DNA from: Mantamonas sphyraenae STR306
Lineage: Eukaryota; Protista; CRuMs
Length of the DNA stretch: 64,000 nt
Direction of reading: 5' to 3'
Assembly (NCBI GenBank): GCA_026936335.1
Contig: JAPMXV010000055.1
Location: forward strand, 248,001 to 312,000
The translations under genes and the position numbers were made by a program. Within the stretch, counting starts at the first letter, position 1, and the number at the start of each line of letters is the position of its first letter. Under the pieces are notes generated by a model, which was given only the letters and a program-made list of their open reading frames with translations, searched no databases and was not told where the DNA came from. This document shows, piece by piece, positions 13,237 through 24,700 of this stretch.

Positions 13237-14023
13237 TCAGTAGAAGCATGTCGTGTGACTAAACTCCCTGTCGTTCTCTGCGCCAAAATCCTCCAAGATG
13301 GCGTCCAGGTCGTCCTGCCAATCCTCCACCGACGCGATTTTGTTCACCAGCTCCAGCAGGATCTGTCCCGACACACCCGCCTCCTTGTGTGTATCCTTTA
13401 CGTCCATGTTGATGATGTGCACCGGTTCGTATGTTTCGCTCTCCCTGCCCGACAGCTCCTCCACCACCGAGTCGTACACCTTTTCTTCCACACACACGAT
13501 CAGATTGAACTTTTCGCTGTGCTCCAGTTGGAACTTGGCCGGCGCCACCTTGATGTTCATGTTGCGCTCCAGCATGTCCAACACTCCGTTGGCAATGTAC
13601 CTGTGACCATGTGTGTGTGTGTGTGTGTGTGTGTGACGGGGGTTTGGTCAGCTTTCGTTTCCCGCGGTTGCCGCTCTCGCTTGCTGCAGGATGCCTGCCT
13701 CTGGGCAACACACACAACACTTTGGGTGACAATAGACACATTCCCCCGCCCCAACCCATGAATGCAACCTACAATTCAGTGTTTTGATCCCTCAGCTCGT
13801 TGTACATGGTCTCGTACGGCGTGCCAAAGGCGTACACGTTGGGCTTGTCCGCCGACGGGCCTGGCAGACGCACCTCACGTCCTGTTCCGTACGATTTCAC
13901 CCTGTACCCATTCTCCTTGAGCAGTTTGTGCAACTCCATGCTTCGGTTGTTGTTGGAATGGCACACACTCGCAATCAGCGTGTTCTTCTTGAATGCGGCG
14001 CGGGTCGCGTCGCTTTGGCTCAT
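13237..14023 (-). CDS. SSU72: RNA polymerase II CTD phosphatase Ssu72 (2 exons)
   Basis: Cx5R motif VCHSNNNRSME, SYGTGREVRLPGPSADKPNVYAFGTPY, INMDVKDTHKEA and C-terminal CFY. Intron 13601-13772. Confidence 0.95.
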
Positions 14024-14043
14024 CTCTGCGTCTCTATGTTCGC

Positions 14044-14225
14044 CCTCTCTCTCTCTCTCTCTCTCTGTATGTGTGTGTGTGTATGTGTGATGACGGCCCA
14101 ATGACTTCCACAAAATCTCCAACAAGTCGACGGTCCTTCGTGTCTGCTGTGCTCGCGCCAGCGCACTCAGCCAATCGCGTCTGAGTCCACTGTATGTCCA
14201 CTCCACACACACACACACACACACA
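14044..14225. promoter_or_regulatory. Putative bidirectional promoter region between SSU72 and TAF6 with (CT)n, (TG)n and (CA)n tracts
   Basis: Lies between divergent start codons at 14023 and 14294. The TG tract is on the left and the CA tract on the right, so each gene sees a CA tract on its own sense strand. Promoter function is inferred. Confidence 0.4.
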
Positions 14226-14243
14226 TCCTCGCATTCACTCACT

Positions 14244-14283
14244 CACCCCCTCCCTCACCCCCTCCCTCACCCCCTCCCTCCCC
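14244..14283 (+). repeat. 12-bp tandem repeat (CACCCCCTCCCT)x3 just upstream of the TAF6 ATG
   Basis: Directly visible; followed by CTGCAG-GCACC-ATG. Confidence 0.8.
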
Positions 14284-14293
14284 TGCAGGCACC

Positions 14294-16509
14294 ATGTCTC
14301 TCCTGTCGCCTGACATGATCAAGGTGATCGCCCAGTCGGTGGGCATCGACAACCTCAGTGACGAGATTGTCAACAGCCTGGCACCCGATGTGGAGTACCG
14401 TGTGCGTGAAATCACGCAGGAGTCGATCAAGTTTATGCGACACAGCAAGCGCAGGATGCTGACCACGGCGGACGTCAACCATGCCCTCCGCCTGCGCAAC
14501 ATCCAGTCTCTGTACGGCTTCTCCTCCAAGGAACCCCTCAAGTTTAGCAGTGTGCAGGGCGTCGAAGGCCTTTACTATGTCGAAGACCGCACCCTGGATC
14601 TGGAGCAGGTGATCAACGCCCCGCTCCCTCGCTGTCCCCTCGACCCGTCCTTCACCGCCCATTGGCTGGCTATTGAGGGCGTGCAGCCGCTCATTGCACA
14701 GAACCCGGCACCCAACACCACAGGTGGGTTGTGCCTACGATTCCTTCCTATGTCCCCATGCCCCCCATCCCCCCTTATCCCCCACACACACACACACCAC
14801 GTTGCTGACGCCGCCTTGGCCGAAACGCAATTTTCTTCTTCAGACGGCCTCCCGTACCATGCCACCAAGAAGCGCAAGAGCAACCAGGGCAAGGAGGTGG
14901 AGGTCAAGCCCACTGTCAAGCATGTGCTTTCCCTGGAACTCCAGCTGTACTATGACAAGGTCACGTCGGCCATCAAGGTACGACGATTCCTGTGGCGCGC
15001 TCCAACTCCCGAGAGAGGGCGCAATGCGCGCGCCGAGCCCCCCCGAGTGGTTTTTCCTCCGTTTTGCGACCCCTGTCTGCTTACACGACGGTGCACGCCT
15101 TTCCTCCTCACCCTCTTCACCCTCCCTTGCACACCCATCCCCACAGGGTTCCGACGGCATCCTGAAGCAGGCTGTGCTCAACTCGCTGAGCAACGACCCG
15201 GGCATCCACCAGCTGCTTCCCTACTTCACCCAGTTCATCGCCGACGAGGTCACAAACAACCTCAAGAATCTCCCGCGGCTCATGTCTCTCATGCGCATGG
15301 CCCAGTCGCTTCTTCACAGCAAGACTCTGCACATCGACCCCTACGTACGTGGTCCTGCCAGTGGTTTTTCCCCTGTGCCCTGATCTTTCTCCGCCTTTCC
15401 CGGCTGACACTCCGTCCTCGCAGTTGCACCAGCTTATGCCGGCCATTCTCACCTGTCTGGTTGGCCGTAGGCTGTGTTCCAAGCCTACAGACAACCATTG
15501 GGGCTTGCGTGACTTTGTTGCCTCGCTCCTGGGCTTTGTCTGCCGACGCTTCAGGAACCAGTATCCCAACCTGCAGCCTCGCATCATCAAAACCCTGTCC
15601 AGTGCCTTTTTGGACCCCATGCGTCCCTTCACCACACGCTACGGCGCCATTGTCGGTCTCACTGCCATGGGTGAGCAGACCGTGCAACTCGTCGTCCTGC
15701 CCAGCATTGCCTTTTACACCCAGGAACTCGAGAGCGAGCTCAACGCCACCAATCCAATCAAGCGCTTCGAGGCCCAAAAGTGCTTCTTTGCTCTCATGAA
15801 CTGCGTCGGCAACAGCTTTGTGTCCCAGGTGCGTGCCGTGTCCGCCATGCAACACAAGGTCGGCCTCATGCTCCAGGGTGGCTACGACGCCTCCAAACGC
15901 ACAGATGGCATGGATGTCGAAGAGGAGGCGCCCTTGAAATTGCAGGGTGAGTCCCAGCTTGAACTGCTCCAGGAGGGCCAGGCCACACTGGAGAAGCTCC
16001 ACGCAGAACGCAACGGGTCGTCTTCATCATCATCATCTTCATCATCTTCATCGTCGTCATCTTCTTCTTCTTCTGCTACTGCAGAGGACGCAGGGCAGGA
16101 GGATATCATGCTGCTCGAGGAAACCGGCTCGTCGGCAAGCTCGTCGGCAAAGACACGCGTCTCTGTGGACAAGCTGCTGGCGGTGACGCCCGGTACCACC
16201 GATTATGGCATCCTCTATCGCTACCTGGACATGTACGACATGTTTGGTGAGTGTCTCTTGCCGTTCACGCTCTTCAGCGCTGTCATCAACGACGCCGACG
16301 CAGCCCTTGCCGACGAATTGCGCGCAGAGGCCTCTTCCGCCGCCGCCTCCTCCTCTTCCAAGGGAGGCAAGCGTGGGGGCCGCAAGGGCAAGAGCAAGAG
16401 GAAAGCAAGCAAAGAGGAAGAGGAGGAGAAGGAAGAGAGGGAGGAGAGGCTGTCGCGCCTTTCAAACTACACCAGCTTTGTCGACCGCACTGGCGAGCTG
16501 TTTTTGTAA
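14294..16509 (+). CDS. TAF6: TFIID subunit 6
   Basis: Histone fold LAPDVEYRVREITQESIKFMRHSKR, AHWLAIEGVQP, KHVLSLELQLYY, DPGIHQLLPYF, NHWGLRDF. Introns at about 14724-14800 (acceptor looks damaged), 14978-15145 and about 15345-15423. Confidence 0.95.
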
Positions 16510-16548
16510 GCCACCAAAATACACAACAACGTGCACAAACACACTGAT

Positions 16549-18730
16549 TCACTGCGGCAGCAGCAATTCTTCCGCATCGTCGTCCTCGTGTTCCCGTTCC
16601 GCTTCCTCCCGCGGCATGACGTACGGCTCCATCTGCCTTGTTGGAGCCACCCTCTTTGGCGATTCCATCTCCAGTGCCAAGCGGTCTGTGAAACGAATGC
16701 TGCGTTGAGCTTCCATGTGCTGCTCCAATGCCTGGCGTGCACGTGCTGCCTCCATGTACGCCCCGCTTGCCACATTGGCGATGGTGCGCCCTCCACGCTG
16801 CCTCCGCCGCTCGCTATCGCTGGCAGGAAACACATTGTGCACATTCGCATCCATGCCCACCTGTCTCACAGGATGCCTCGGCTGCAGCAGAGTCAGCAGA
16901 TGCGGCGACTCCTCGTCGCGTGCACGTCGCACCATCTGGCTAAGGGTCAGCGAATCCTCACCGCCACCTTCCAATCCGTCTTCTTCGCTGGGCTCCTGCA
17001 CAATCGCACGCCTACGCCCGCGCCTCGTCCGCTTCCGTGGTGGCTCGACAATTTCGCTCCGCCATTCCACCACACGGCTCTCCACAAGGCCACCACCATC
17101 ATCTCCTCCCGGAGATCCCATCGGACTCCATGGAGGAAACTCCCATCCGGACACATCCACAAAACCGTCGCCTCCGTCGCCGATGTCCTCCACAGTCTCC
17201 CTTCTCAGATGCTCGTCCAGCTTGCGCTTCAGATCCACATTTGCCGACTCCAAACGCCGGCACTTGTCCACAGCCTCGTTTCTTTCCCTCACCACAGCCT
17301 CCAACAGGGCGTGCGTCTTGTTCAACTCCTCGGACAACTCGCCGTTCGACTCGCGCGTCGACTCGACAATCCGCTGCGCATTCAGGCTGTTCTCCCGTTC
17401 AGTGTCCAGCGACAGCTCCAGTTGCTGGTTCACAAACTGAGCATCCATGGCCTGGTTGTTTGCCTGTTGCATGCGCACCCACAGATCTCGTAGCAGCCGC
17501 TCCTTGTCCGACACATCGCCCACCAGGGAATGGACCACCTCATCAACCTCCCGCATGGCAGATCCCACTCTGTCCCGCAGACTTTGGCGCTCCTCCTTCA
17601 TCGCACGCACGGCTGCCAGTATCTGTGGCAGCTGCCGTCGCAGTAGAGCTTGCAGCTGGTCGTTGCTTTGCCGCGTCTCTCGTGTCTTGTCCATCAGATT
17701 CTCAAACTCGTTGTCCACGAAGCGGCTGCGATCCTCCAGCTCCGCAATCTGTGCTTCAAGCTCTTTGACGTGCTCGTTCAGCATGTGGTTTTCGTTTTCG
17801 GCCATTCGCCGCTCTTCTGCTTGAGTCGCGAGGACACTTTTCATGCCACGTTCCCACTCTCCATACATATTTTCCAGCCACCGTTTGCTCACCGCCGGCA
17901 GTTGCATCATCTCGTTGCGCATGTGTGTCAGCATGTCCCGCACCAAATGCATCTCCTGCGACGTCTTGCGCACCATCTGCTGCAACAGCTCCGCACGCTG
18001 TTCATCATTCAGACGCATCCTGCCCATTTGCTGAAGACACTGCTGTGCATACATCAGGTTGTGCTGAACCATACTCAGAGTCACCTGCTCCTGCTGCGAG
18101 ACGCTGTGCAAACCAATCACAGCCGGCAGCTGCTCGTTCACCAGCTCCAGTTGCGTGCTCAGAGCATCCACTCCCTCCACGAATCCCAATTGTCCGCCTC
18201 TCATACGCAGTCTTCCGGCGGCTGCCGCTGCTGCCGTACCCAGCTGCTCTGTGTGTCGATCCTGCCCCTGCTGCTGCTGTTCCTCTTGAACCTCGTCCAA
18301 GTCCTCATCCGCCTCGGGTGTCCTCTGGTTCAACGACTGCAGCAGAGACCTATGCTTCATAGACAGCATGGACGACCCGATGCCCATGCTGCTCTCCAGC
18401 CGCACGGTCGTCCGCATCACTCTCATCCTGCGTGATCCACGTCCATGGAATCTGTGGCACCATGTTGTGCACATAATCATGGGTCCACGCCACATATCCG
18501 TGTCCCGTCTCTCTTCCATCTTCATTGCGATCCTCCAACTCGGCCAGTGCGCGCCGTCGCTCACCCGTTTGCTCCAATCCGACGCCGCGTTCCTGACTCG
18601 CCTCCGCGCCGCTCTTGTACCCATCCTCTTCGTCTGAGAACAACCAATCACGTACCGACATGTGCTCCATGCCTCCATGAGGTGAGTGTGCCACGCGTTG
18701 GCCATTCGGCGGGATGTTCTCCTCGTCCAT
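16549..18730 (-). CDS. Coiled-coil protein of unknown function
   Basis: ORF 18350..18766 (from MDEENIPP) joined by a frame break near 18395 to ORF 16549..18912. Long E/Q/R/L heptad region. Confidence 0.6.
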
Positions 18731-18778
18731 GGTTGGCAGGCGATCACACTGGCCAGGGCAGCGCACGCACGACTCGGC

Positions 18779-19744
18779 TCACTCAACGCGCAGTTGATAC
18801 TGCACAAACAGAGCCCACACGTCTGTGTAGTCGTGCTTCTCCACAAGGAAGCCGCACTCTTCAAACAAGGCCAGCCAGCGGCCAACATCCAATTCAAACA
18901 CGTCTCGCTCACTCACAGGAGCCTCTGCCACACGAAGCTGGCCCACACACCACAGTTGAACAATGGTTGCCCACCGCTGCACCAGCGAGTTTTGCTCCTT
19001 GTCAAGGGCCTCAAGGCACGCATCGTCGTCGGCATCCTCCACACGGCACCCGATCGCCTCCTCCACATCTGCCACCAGTGCCATGGCACACCTGCGCACA
19101 TAGCTGCCAATAATCTGTTGCTCCAACTCGTGTGAGCCGCTGGCAAGGTCGATTTCGCAGTGCACGTCCGCCTCGTTGATCAGCACCAGCCCGCCAGGCG
19201 CCAGATGCGCTCGCACTTTTTCCAGCACCTCCTTCTTTCCGTCCGATTCGATGCCGTGCTTTGCGTTGTGAGCCCTGCTCAGGCCAGGGATGTGGTGGAT
19301 GGTCAGGGAGAGCACGACAAGGTCAAACTCGCCCGAGAGTTCCACGTTTTCCGCACGCCCCTCCACACCGGTGAAGGTGGAACCCTCGGGAAGCACGCTC
19401 GCCACCTTTTCGTGAGTCTCCGCCACAGGATCCACCAGAGTAAAGTGCACGTCGATGCCCGCCCAGTCAATGCGTTGCCACAGCGCTCCGTTTCCCCCGC
19501 CCACCTCCAGCACCCGCACCGTCTCCAGGCCCTTGATTTGCTCCTGCACAGCCTCTACATTGGCGCTGTACAGAGACGTCAGCAGGCTGCTCTGGGTGAA
19601 CGCAGAGTACAGCCCGTCGCCGGAGAAGGACACGTTCCACTCCTCGCCCTCTGCACCCTCGCTCAGCTTTCGGTACGCCTCTGGCTGCTCTGTCCACGGG
19701 CACGTCGCATTTGTCAATTTCACACAGGACAGAAAGGACAACAT
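18779..19744 (-). CDS. Class I SAM-dependent methyltransferase, substrate unknown
   Basis: Motif I VLEVGGGNG, FTLVDP, FDLVVLSLTIHHI, LAPGGLVLINE; apparently intronless. Confidence 0.85.
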   Translation of the reverse strand: MLSFLSCVKLTNATCPWTEQPEAYRKLSEGAEGEEWNVSFSGDGLYSAFTQSSLLTSLYSANVEAVQEQIKGLETVRVLEVGGGNGALWQRIDWAGIDVHFTLVDPVAETHEKVASVLPEGSTFTGVEGRAENVELSGEFDLVVLSLTIHHIPGLSRAHNAKHGIESDGKKEVLEKVRAHLAPGGLVLINEADVHCEIDLASGSHELEQQIIGSYVRRCAMALVADVEEAIGCRVEDADDDACLEALDKEQNSLVQRWATIVQLWCVGQLRVAEAPVSERDVFELDVGRWLALFEECGFLVEKHDYTDVWALFVQYQLRVE

Positions 19745-19774
19745 TTTGTTCGATTCGAATTCAGTTCTCTGTTT

Positions 19775-21410
19775 TCACGTCCTCGTTGACCTGGCCGAAC
19801 TGGTGCGACGACCAGACGACGACGACGATGAGGAGGAGGAGGAGGAGGTGGATGATGAAGTTGAGGAGGAGGATGATGAGGAGGATGACGAGGAGGACGA
19901 AACGCCCGCATCACTGGCCTTCCTCCTCTCCTTGTCCCCGCTCCCACTGCCTCCGCTGCTGCTGCCACCCGAGTCTGTGGAAGACACACGAGAGCGTGTG
20001 CTGACCTTGCGTCGCGTGCTGACCTGCTTCAGCTTCTGTGACTTCAGCTGTTCAAACTTCTTGTTGTGGCAGCCGAGCATGGTGGTGTATGTGTTGTGTT
20101 TGGAGTTGCGATAGAGGTCGCCCTGCCATACCACAAGGTCAAACCCACCCACCTGGTCCTCCACAGAGTCGCGTTCACCCTCCAGGTCCAGAATGTTCAT
20201 CACATCGTCCAACAGGGCAAACTTGAGCTGATAGTCCTCCATGCTGTCCGCTGTGATGGACGGGTACGCGTTGACCTCGATCAACCACGGCTTGAGGTTG
20301 TCGTCGATCATCACGTCATATCCGTACATCTCGAAGCAGTTCTTGTCGTTGATGATCACATTGGAGACACTCTGCAGCGTCTTGATCATCAGCGACTGGA
20401 TGCCCGTAAACACCGTGTTGGTCGCCTCCATGCCGTGCTTGCTGATCATGTACAGCTTCAATTCGCGCAGGTTCCACTTGCACCCGCGATCCTTGTCATA
20501 GTCCTTGCTCTGCTTCTGAATCGCTGCGTTGGTCAAATGGATGCCCACATTGTCCATGTCTTCCAAACTCATGGAGAAGCGCGAGCCGGAGAAGCGCGCA
20601 AACCCTCCCCGGTACAGATAGGCCGTCAAGGGCGAGTACGAGGTGACCAGCATGTACAGACGCAGGTCAAACTTCTTGCCTCCAATGAGGTAGGGGCGGT
20701 CCAGGTACTTTTGTACAACATAGGCTTCGGCCTGGTTGCCGCCGTCGTTTCCGCGCCATTTGTAGTCCCGTTTCCACTCGCTGATCTGGCTCAGCTTGTG
20801 GAACAGAAAGATGCCCTTGCCCTGCGCTTTGCCAATGGGCTTCATGATCCACACGCCCCCCTGCTTGCGGAATGCCTCGGTGAAGAGAGAGTACTCGCTG
20901 GGCAGCACAAACGTGGTTGGGGTAAAGTCCATCGACTCCGTCTCCGAGCTGCCCTCACGTGCCAGACTGCGTCGCACACGCTTGATGTTCTTCACCATCA
21001 GATCCTTGCGTGTCAACTCGGCGTGGTTTGGAAAGTGGTTCACCATCTGCCCTTGTGTGATCGAATCCACCTGGTAAACGTCCCTCATCCACCCGGCGTC
21101 CGCCCACACGATGTTGTAGTCGTCCCTGCACGCACGCACACACATCCACCCACCCCCAAACACCCCCCACAAAGCACAAGCGTGTTCATGCCACATGCGC
21201 ACGCGCACACACACACATGCACGTGATAGGTGATTGTAGGACCCGCAGTCGGTGTCAGTTGCGCGTTTGGCGGGCGAAAACGGCTCCTGGGCCTTTCCAC
21301 GCGCAGTGGCGTGGAGGCCACTCTGCAACCCACTTGTCTGTTTCCACCCAGCCGCGTGCTTTGCACACGTCGTAGATGGTGTTTCGGAAATTGGTTTTGA
21401 ATTTAATGGG

Positions 21411-21441
<31 letters not shown>

Positions 21442-21605
21442 CGCGCGCGGGTGAAATTGTGAACAAGGGTGCCCACCCACACACACTCGCGCTCTCCTTG
21501 CGTCCTTCCTTCCTACCTGTCCTTGCTGCGGCCAGCCCCGACCACAGAAGACGAAGAGCCGATGGTGGACGACGACGAGCCTCCACCGTACTTTCTAGAC
21601 GACAT
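19775..21605 (-). CDS. TTLL9: Tubulin polyglutamylase TTLL9-like (3 exons)
   Basis: IKFKTNFRNTIYDV, NHFPNHAELTRKDLMVKN, WIMKPIGKAQGKGIFLF, KKFDLRLY, HLTNAAIQK, CFEMYGYDVMIDDNLKPWLIEVNA, QVGGFDL. Introns 21412-21516 and 21126-21333. Confidence 0.88.
21413..21441. repeat. (TG)n microsatellite forming the (CA)n-CAG 3' splice site of TTLL9 intron 1
   Basis: Directly visible. Confidence 0.9.
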
Positions 21606-21772
21606 CCTTGGGTGAGATGGAGCGGCGACCACACACAATCCTTCCACCACGCACCACAGCAGGGGGCCATGAAACTGCAACCTGCCCACACACAGCATAC
21701 TCACTTCTCCTCGACACCCCACGACACTCCAGAGTTCACATGGGGTTGGCCAAGCGACAGCAAACAGAGAAC

Positions 21773-24700
21773 ATGACGCATACCGAACCAAACAAACTCG
21801 AATTTCGCATCCCGAAAACACGTCCTCGGATGCTTTCTGTGGCACCGTTGCCTCCGCTGCGGCCCAAAGAGACCCATGCGCCCGAGCAACCGCACTCGGG
21901 CGAGCGAGGCATGTCGACATCGCAAGACAGCGGGTCGGACAGCGCCACGGCCAAGGACGAAAGTGTGTGGGTGTCGGGCCCTTCCTTCGTACGCCACCAG
22001 GAAGCCCACACGGGGAAAGACCTGCTCGAATCCTCGCATCTTCTTCGCGGCGTCTCAGCCGAGGAACTTCCCGAAGCCCACATGCGCACACACACAACAA
22101 CCTTCCACCCATGGACTCTACGTTTTGAAGACGTCGATCTCGTGGCCCCGTTTCTGGAAACCCGATTCGCTTCAGCGCAGCGCAACCGACGCAGTGGATT
22201 CGTTCTATTTGCGCTCACACTTCTGGCCCTCTCGTTGGCCCAAGCGAGGGTTCTTTACTTTGTGCCCTTTGACATCATCATTGCACTGGGCTTGAGCACA
22301 GGACTGTTCATCTGGCTGCCCATCCCATGGCTTCGTATGCGCGTGGGTGCCCTCAACGTCGAGCGGATTCTTCTGGCCGCGGCCGTTGCCATTGAAATTG
22401 GCGTTGCCGCCTCCATCGCCGCTGCAGTGGGCATCTCGTCCGATCAGAGTGTCGAACAAGACCTGTCTCTACTTGAGCTGAGCTCCATTGTACATTTCCT
22501 GGCACACCTGGTCACTCTGCTGGTGCTGCAGCCCCCCTTTCTGTACGCCGCTTGCACCGCCGCCTTTGGCACCGCCGTCTTCTGCGGCGTCACCTACTTC
22601 CGCTTCGCCTACTCAGGAGTCAATATGTGGAAAGTGACGTTTCTGACCCTCCTGTTTCCCATCACCGAGTTTCTGCTGCTGTGTGGGCCGGCCCACCGGC
22701 AGGAGTTGCTGCTGCGGCAACGCTTTGTGCTCCTGGCTGCCGTGATTTCCAAGCAGATGTCGCACCACCAGTTGCAACAGGGCATTGTGGCACTGACACG
22801 CAACATTGGACACGACGAGTTGTTGGGCAGTGAACGACATTTGGACGCAGGCGGCGGCGGGGGGGATTCAACGCGGACTTCGCTTGACGCGCAGCTGCCC
22901 AGCTACACCGTCCAACAACACACGACATCGTCGAGCAACAAGGACAAGGACATGATCCACCTACGCATGCACGCGTACGACTTGGTGACAGTTGTCCATG
23001 TGCGTATGCACGGTGTTCGCGAACAAGCCGAGCATCGAAGTGCAGCCGCCCTTTGCGCCCTGCTCAATCGCCTCCTGTTTGGTCTGGAAAATGTGTTCCA
23101 GCGCCATTCGCTGACCAAGATCCATTCCGACGGACCAACGGCTCTGTTTGCAGCCGGGGTGCCCTCGTTGACGGCAACGCACGCGGCGTCAGCCCTGGAT
23201 GCGTGTCTGCAGGCCCTGGCGTGGGTGGAACAGGACAAACTGTGTCAGGAAAACGAACTGGGTGTGTCGTTTGCAGTGGCATCGGGGCAGGTTTTGGGGG
23301 CGGTGATTGGCAACCAGGCGTTGCACTACGACCTGTGGGGAGGACCGGTAAATGTGGCAACCTCCATGGTCGTGCCTGCAAACACCCTCATGTGTGACCA
23401 CATGACACGTGTGCTCAGTGCCTGGCAGCAGGCTCAGGTTGAGTTGTATGGCGAGGCAAGCATGCTCGGTCTCAAGCGAAAAGCCAGGCGGAGGCTCTCC
23501 GCCATGGGCAAGGCTCGCAAACACACACAGAAGTATGTGTTTCACGAACGGCCTTGTCAGCGTATGGCGTCCACATCCACAACTGCAAGTCTGTTGCACA
23601 GGTCGAATGATGATGGAAGGGGTGCCACGACAAACGTGCCCGGAGTCGTCCGCAAACTGTCCCAGCACCCGGCCACAGGCGAGTTGGATGCTCGCAAGTC
23701 GCCAACCAGTGTGCGTCATCTTGTCACAGACCCTGCTGCCGGTGGTGCCGGTGGGCACATGTCCGGGGAAGCGGCATTGTCGTCCTCGTTGGCGACATCC
23801 ACCACCACCACAACATCAACGGCCGATCCCACAGGAAGACGAGGAGTTGCAACAGAGACCGCTGCTGCAGCATCCACATCATCGTCATCCGCACTGGCAG
23901 TTGCGGTGACACCTGCCACCGCATCAAGTACTGGATCGGAAGCGGACAGCATCAGCGTTCACGGGAACGAACACGGAGAACAGTTGTACGAAGTTCAGGA
24001 TGGCAATGGGTATGTTCGACAACAGCTGTCGCTAGTTCTGGCTGATCTGGAGGCTGCCTCGCGCTCCTCTGAATCGCTGCTGATTGCGGAGAAGCCATCG
24101 TCGAACAGCAGCAGCAGCAGCAGCAGCAGCAGTAGCAGCAGCAGCAGCAACAGCAGTAGCAGCAGCAGTAGCACCGGTGAATTTAGAGGTAGCAGCAATG
24201 GTCAGCAGGACAACCACATTCAGATCCGCGTGGAGCCGACGCAGACGCAGGTGGTTGTCAACGGGGACGGTGTGCACGGCCACGAGCATGGGCACGTGCA
24301 TGATCGACAGCATTACTTGCACCAGGAGGCCATCAGTGAAGAGGTGCGCCTGAAGATGATGGAGGCACTGCGACGACGTGTGGACTTGTACATCAGCGCG
24401 ACACAGCACGTGCCACCGTCGTCCACCTCTGTTTCCGGTGGCACAGGAGCAGCTTCACATGCTTCGTACACAGGCGGATCCGATCTATCCTGGCTCGTGG
24501 GTGGAGGCCTTTCTTCCTCCCAGCCGCCAGCGGTTGCAATGGAGTTTTCACAGATGTCGGATCAGGATTCACACAACGGCCACAGCCGCGTCACACAGCC
24601 GCGTCGCACCTCGTACCCATTCTACGAACCGTCCATTTCGGGGGAGGTGTTGGCGCAGCTTGTGCATTCCGCGGAGGTGGAGGCTGGCCTGGAACAGCCA

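Noticed and set aside
14780-14805. Non-canonical splice acceptor in TAF6 intron 1 (CACCACG instead of CACAG); similar case near 52930
   Set aside because: Both lie in error-prone CA-rich context in an indel-rich assembly, so a dropped base is more parsimonious than non-AG splicing.
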